Below, piece after piece: positions 61,822-64,000 of a stretch of DNA of 64,000 nt. A model generated the notes under the pieces. It saw only the letters and a list, made by a program, of their open reading frames with translations, was not told the origin of the DNA and did no database searches. The first letter of the stretch is position 1, and each line of letters opens with the position of its first letter. A program made the position numbers and the translations under genes. This DNA comes from Acidimicrobiia bacterium (lineage in GTDB: Bacteria > Actinomycetota > Acidimicrobiia > IMCC26256 > JAMXLJ01): the NCBI GenBank assembly GCA_036558745.1, contig DATBEZ010000006.1, positions 5,526 to 69,525 on the forward strand, given 5' to 3'.

Positions 61822-62622
61822 CTACGGGATCGACAGCCCGCCGTTCGGACGGAGGATCTGCCCGGTCACGAAGCTGGACGCGTCGGACGCGAGGTACAGG
61901 ACCGCGTACGCGATGTCGTCCGGTTCACCGATCCGGCCGAGCGGTGCCGCGTTGCGCATCGGGGCCGACGCGGCCGCGAGCTTGTCCTCGTCGATGGTGC
62001 CGTCGGGGTTCATGAAGTGGCGCCCGGTCATACCGGTGACGATCCACCCGGGAGCGATCGCGTTCACGCGCACGCCACTCGGCCCGGCCTCCACGGCCAA
62101 CGTCTTCGTCATCTGCGCAACCGCGGCCTTGGCCATCGCGTAGCAGACGATCGTGGGCGCCGGCGTGTCGATCGCGCCCGACGACATGTTGATGATGCTG
62201 CCCGACCCCTGCTTCGTCATGACGCGCGCCGCGGCTCGGCACCCGTAGAACACGCCCTTGAGGTTGACGCCGAGGATGCGGTCGAGGTCGGCGTCCTCGG
62301 TCTCGACGACGAGGCTGTTGTGCATGATCCCGGCGATGTTGCACATGACGTCGAGCCGTCCGTGCTCTCGCGCGGCACCGTCGACGAGCGCGTCGACGGC
62401 TGAGGACTTCGACACGTCGACCTGCGCCGCCGACGCGCTGCCACCCTCGCCGACGATCTGCTTCGCCGTCGTCTCGGCGGCGTCACCATTCACGTCGGCG
62501 CACACGACGCTCGCGCCCACCGCGGCGAGCATGGTCGCGCTGGCCCGACCGATCCCGCTCCCCGCGCCCGTGACGACCGCGACGCGACCGCCGAGATCGA
62601 ATGCCTGCCGTGGATCCTTCAT
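61822..62622 (-). CDS. SDR family oxidoreductase
   Basis: GRVAVVTGAGSGIGRASA, NIAGI, YAMAKAAV. Confidence 0.9.
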   Translation of the reverse strand: MKDPRQAFDLGGRVAVVTGAGSGIGRASATMLAAVGASVVCADVNGDAAETTAKQIVGEGGSASAAQVDVSKSSAVDALVDGAAREHGRLDVMCNIAGIMHNSLVVETEDADLDRILGVNLKGVFYGCRAAARVMTKQGSGSIINMSSGAIDTPAPTIVCYAMAKAAVAQMTKTLAVEAGPSGVRVNAIAPGWIVTGMTGRHFMNPDGTIDEDKLAAASAPMRNAAPLGRIGEPDDIAYAVLYLASDASSFVTGQILRPNGGLSIP

Positions 62623-62654
62623 CTCGCCTCTCTCCTCGAACTGTCGGCCGGAGC

Positions 62655-63524
62655 CTACGTTTCGGGCACCCGACCGTGGACCGTCTTCGTGACCGCCGCG
62701 GTCGCCTCGAGCAGCCGTTCCGCGAGCGCGGGCACCTCGCGGGCCGCCAGCGCCTCGCGGAAGCCGAACAGGGTGAGCGCGAGCGCGACCCTCCCGTCGG
62801 GCCCGAACACGGGCGCGGCCATCATGCTCAACCGGTACGACGCCGAGTGCTCCAGCTCGCCGAGGATGTACTCCTCGTGACCGAGCTCCTCGACCAGCCC
62901 CGCGACCTCACGGTCGTGTCCCAGCGCGGCGCCGAGCCGCTCTCGCGCGCCACCCTCCAATGCGAGCGAGTAGCAGCGGCGACGCACCGTCCCCACTGCG
63001 GCCCGGTACCGCCCCACCTCGCGGTCGGTCGCGCCCGGCCCGAGCCGCCGCAGCCACGTCTCGATCGCGTCGTCGCCCGACCAGGCCATGAACACGGTGC
63101 CGAGCGGCGGAACGAGCGGCAACCGGTGACCCACCTGCACGCTGGGTGCGAACGGTCCGAGGTCGCCACGCCGGGCGAGGATGACGATCTCGTCGCCGAT
63201 CGCGGCACTGGCCACGCAGAGCACGCGCAGGTCCTCGGCCAGACGGCGCATCTCGTCGCGCGCGTAGTCGACGACCTCGAACTGGCGCGACGCGGCCGCG
63301 TTCCCGACCGATACCAGCGCGGGACCGAGCGAGTACGTCTTGTCGACGGGATGACGAACGAGGTAGCCGGCATCGGTGAGCGCGGCGGTGAGCGCGTGTG
63401 CGGTCGCTTTGCTCATCTCGAGGCGGCGGGCGAGCTCCGACACGCCGAAGCGTTCGTCGGCGTGGGTGGCGAGGAAGTCGAGCAGCGCCACCGTGCGCGC
63501 TGCGGAGGGGACCGGCCGGGCCAT
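62655..63524 (-). CDS. IclR-family transcriptional regulator
   Basis: Internal ATG 63524 gives ARTVALLDFLATHADERFGVSELARRLEMSKATAHALTAALTDAGYLVRH, a winged HTH followed by an effector domain. Confidence 0.85.
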   Translation of the reverse strand: MARPVPSAARTVALLDFLATHADERFGVSELARRLEMSKATAHALTAALTDAGYLVRHPVDKTYSLGPALVSVGNAAASRQFEVVDYARDEMRRLAEDLRVLCVASAAIGDEIVILARRGDLGPFAPSVQVGHRLPLVPPLGTVFMAWSGDDAIETWLRRLGPGATDREVGRYRAAVGTVRRRCYSLALEGGARERLGAALGHDREVAGLVEELGHEEYILGELEHSASYRLSMMAAPVFGPDGRVALALTLFGFREALAAREVPALAERLLEATAAVTKTVHGRVPET

Positions 63525-64000
63525 CAGGCGAGCGCTCCTGCAACCGCGGCGCCGAACTCGCGGGCGAGGATCTCGTGGCCCTCGTCGCCGGGGTGGATGC
63601 CGTCGGGGAGCAGCTCCGCGGTGAGGAGGCCGTCGCCATCGACCACGGTGAGACGGTCGTCGTCGCGACGGCGCGCCGCGCGCTCGATCGCCTCCCGGAG
63701 ATCGCGAAGGGTCGCGCCGAGCCGGTTCGGGTTCTCCTCCGCATCCGGGCGCAGGACTGGCGTGCACACGACGACCGGCGTCTCGGGGTGACCCTCGCGG
63801 ACGACGTCGAGGAACGCGGTGGTGTTGGCGAGGATCTGCTCGACGCTGTGCGGCGTCCGGGTCCAGCAGTTGGTCCCGTGGCTGATCGAGATGACGTCGG
63901 CCGGGATGCCGGCGATGTGCTCGGCCGAGACGATCTCCCCACGCGCCGACCCCGCGTACCCGAGGTTCACCACGTCGAGGCCGTGGGTCCGGGCTGCGAT
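63524..64000 (-). CDS. SGNH hydrolase, C-terminal part (5' end beyond the right edge)
   Basis: ...ISISHGTNC...DGIHPGDEGHEILA (block V). The frame stays open to position 64000. The stop overlaps the IclR start (ATGA). Confidence 0.7.
   Translation of the reverse strand: MAARTHGLDVVNLGYAGSARGEIVSAEHIAGIPADVISISHGTNCWTRTPHSVEQILANTTAFLDVVREGHPETPVVVCTPVLRPDAEENPNRLGATLRDLREAIERAARRRDDDRLTVVDGDGLLTAELLPDGIHPGDEGHEILAREFGAAVAGALA

Overview
Very GC-rich, gene-dense segment (about 65 CDS, little non-coding DNA). It looks like an Actinomycetota chromosome: F420-type LLM/PPOX enzymes, an LCP cell-wall ligase, a KstR-type TetR regulator, and lipobox/LPXTG signals. A lipid / steroid-side-chain-type beta-oxidation island dominates. 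It holds 9 acyl-CoA dehydrogenase (ACAD) genes with 10 ACAD domains: a pair, a triplet, a beta-alpha fusion and singles. It also holds 3 family-III CoA-transferase domains (two fused in one gene), 2 acyl-CoA ligases, 3 thiolase-fold genes with 2 DUF35 partners, an enoyl-CoA hydratase and 7 SDRs. Further members are a CYP124/125-like P450, 3 luciferase-like oxidoreductases, 3 amidohydrolases, 2 cyclase-family genes, ADH/ALDH, a KstR orthologue and an IclR regulator. Steroid ring-opening genes are not visible. I recognised no rRNA, tRNA, CRISPR array, transposase or integrase. Main points for a second look: (1) a DsbA/FrnE-family gene whose first active-site Cys codon is an in-frame TGA (U-P-W-C), a selenoprotein candidate. 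(2) Four copies of a ~100-nt structured element that each end exactly on a start codon of unrelated genes. (3) A palindrome family CTGACG-N3/4-CGTCAG in six divergent promoter regions, distinct from the KstR box. (4) One perfect and one near-perfect KstR box. (5) Three 3'-end hairpins with a conserved GTTGGGAC/GTCCCAAC stem. (6) A cluster of GCCGAA/TTCGGC palindromes that encodes the linker of a fused double CoA-transferase. (7) Two genes whose essential N-terminal motifs lie upstream of any canonical start codon. All calls come from reading the translations and DNA by eye. No database search or folding program was run.
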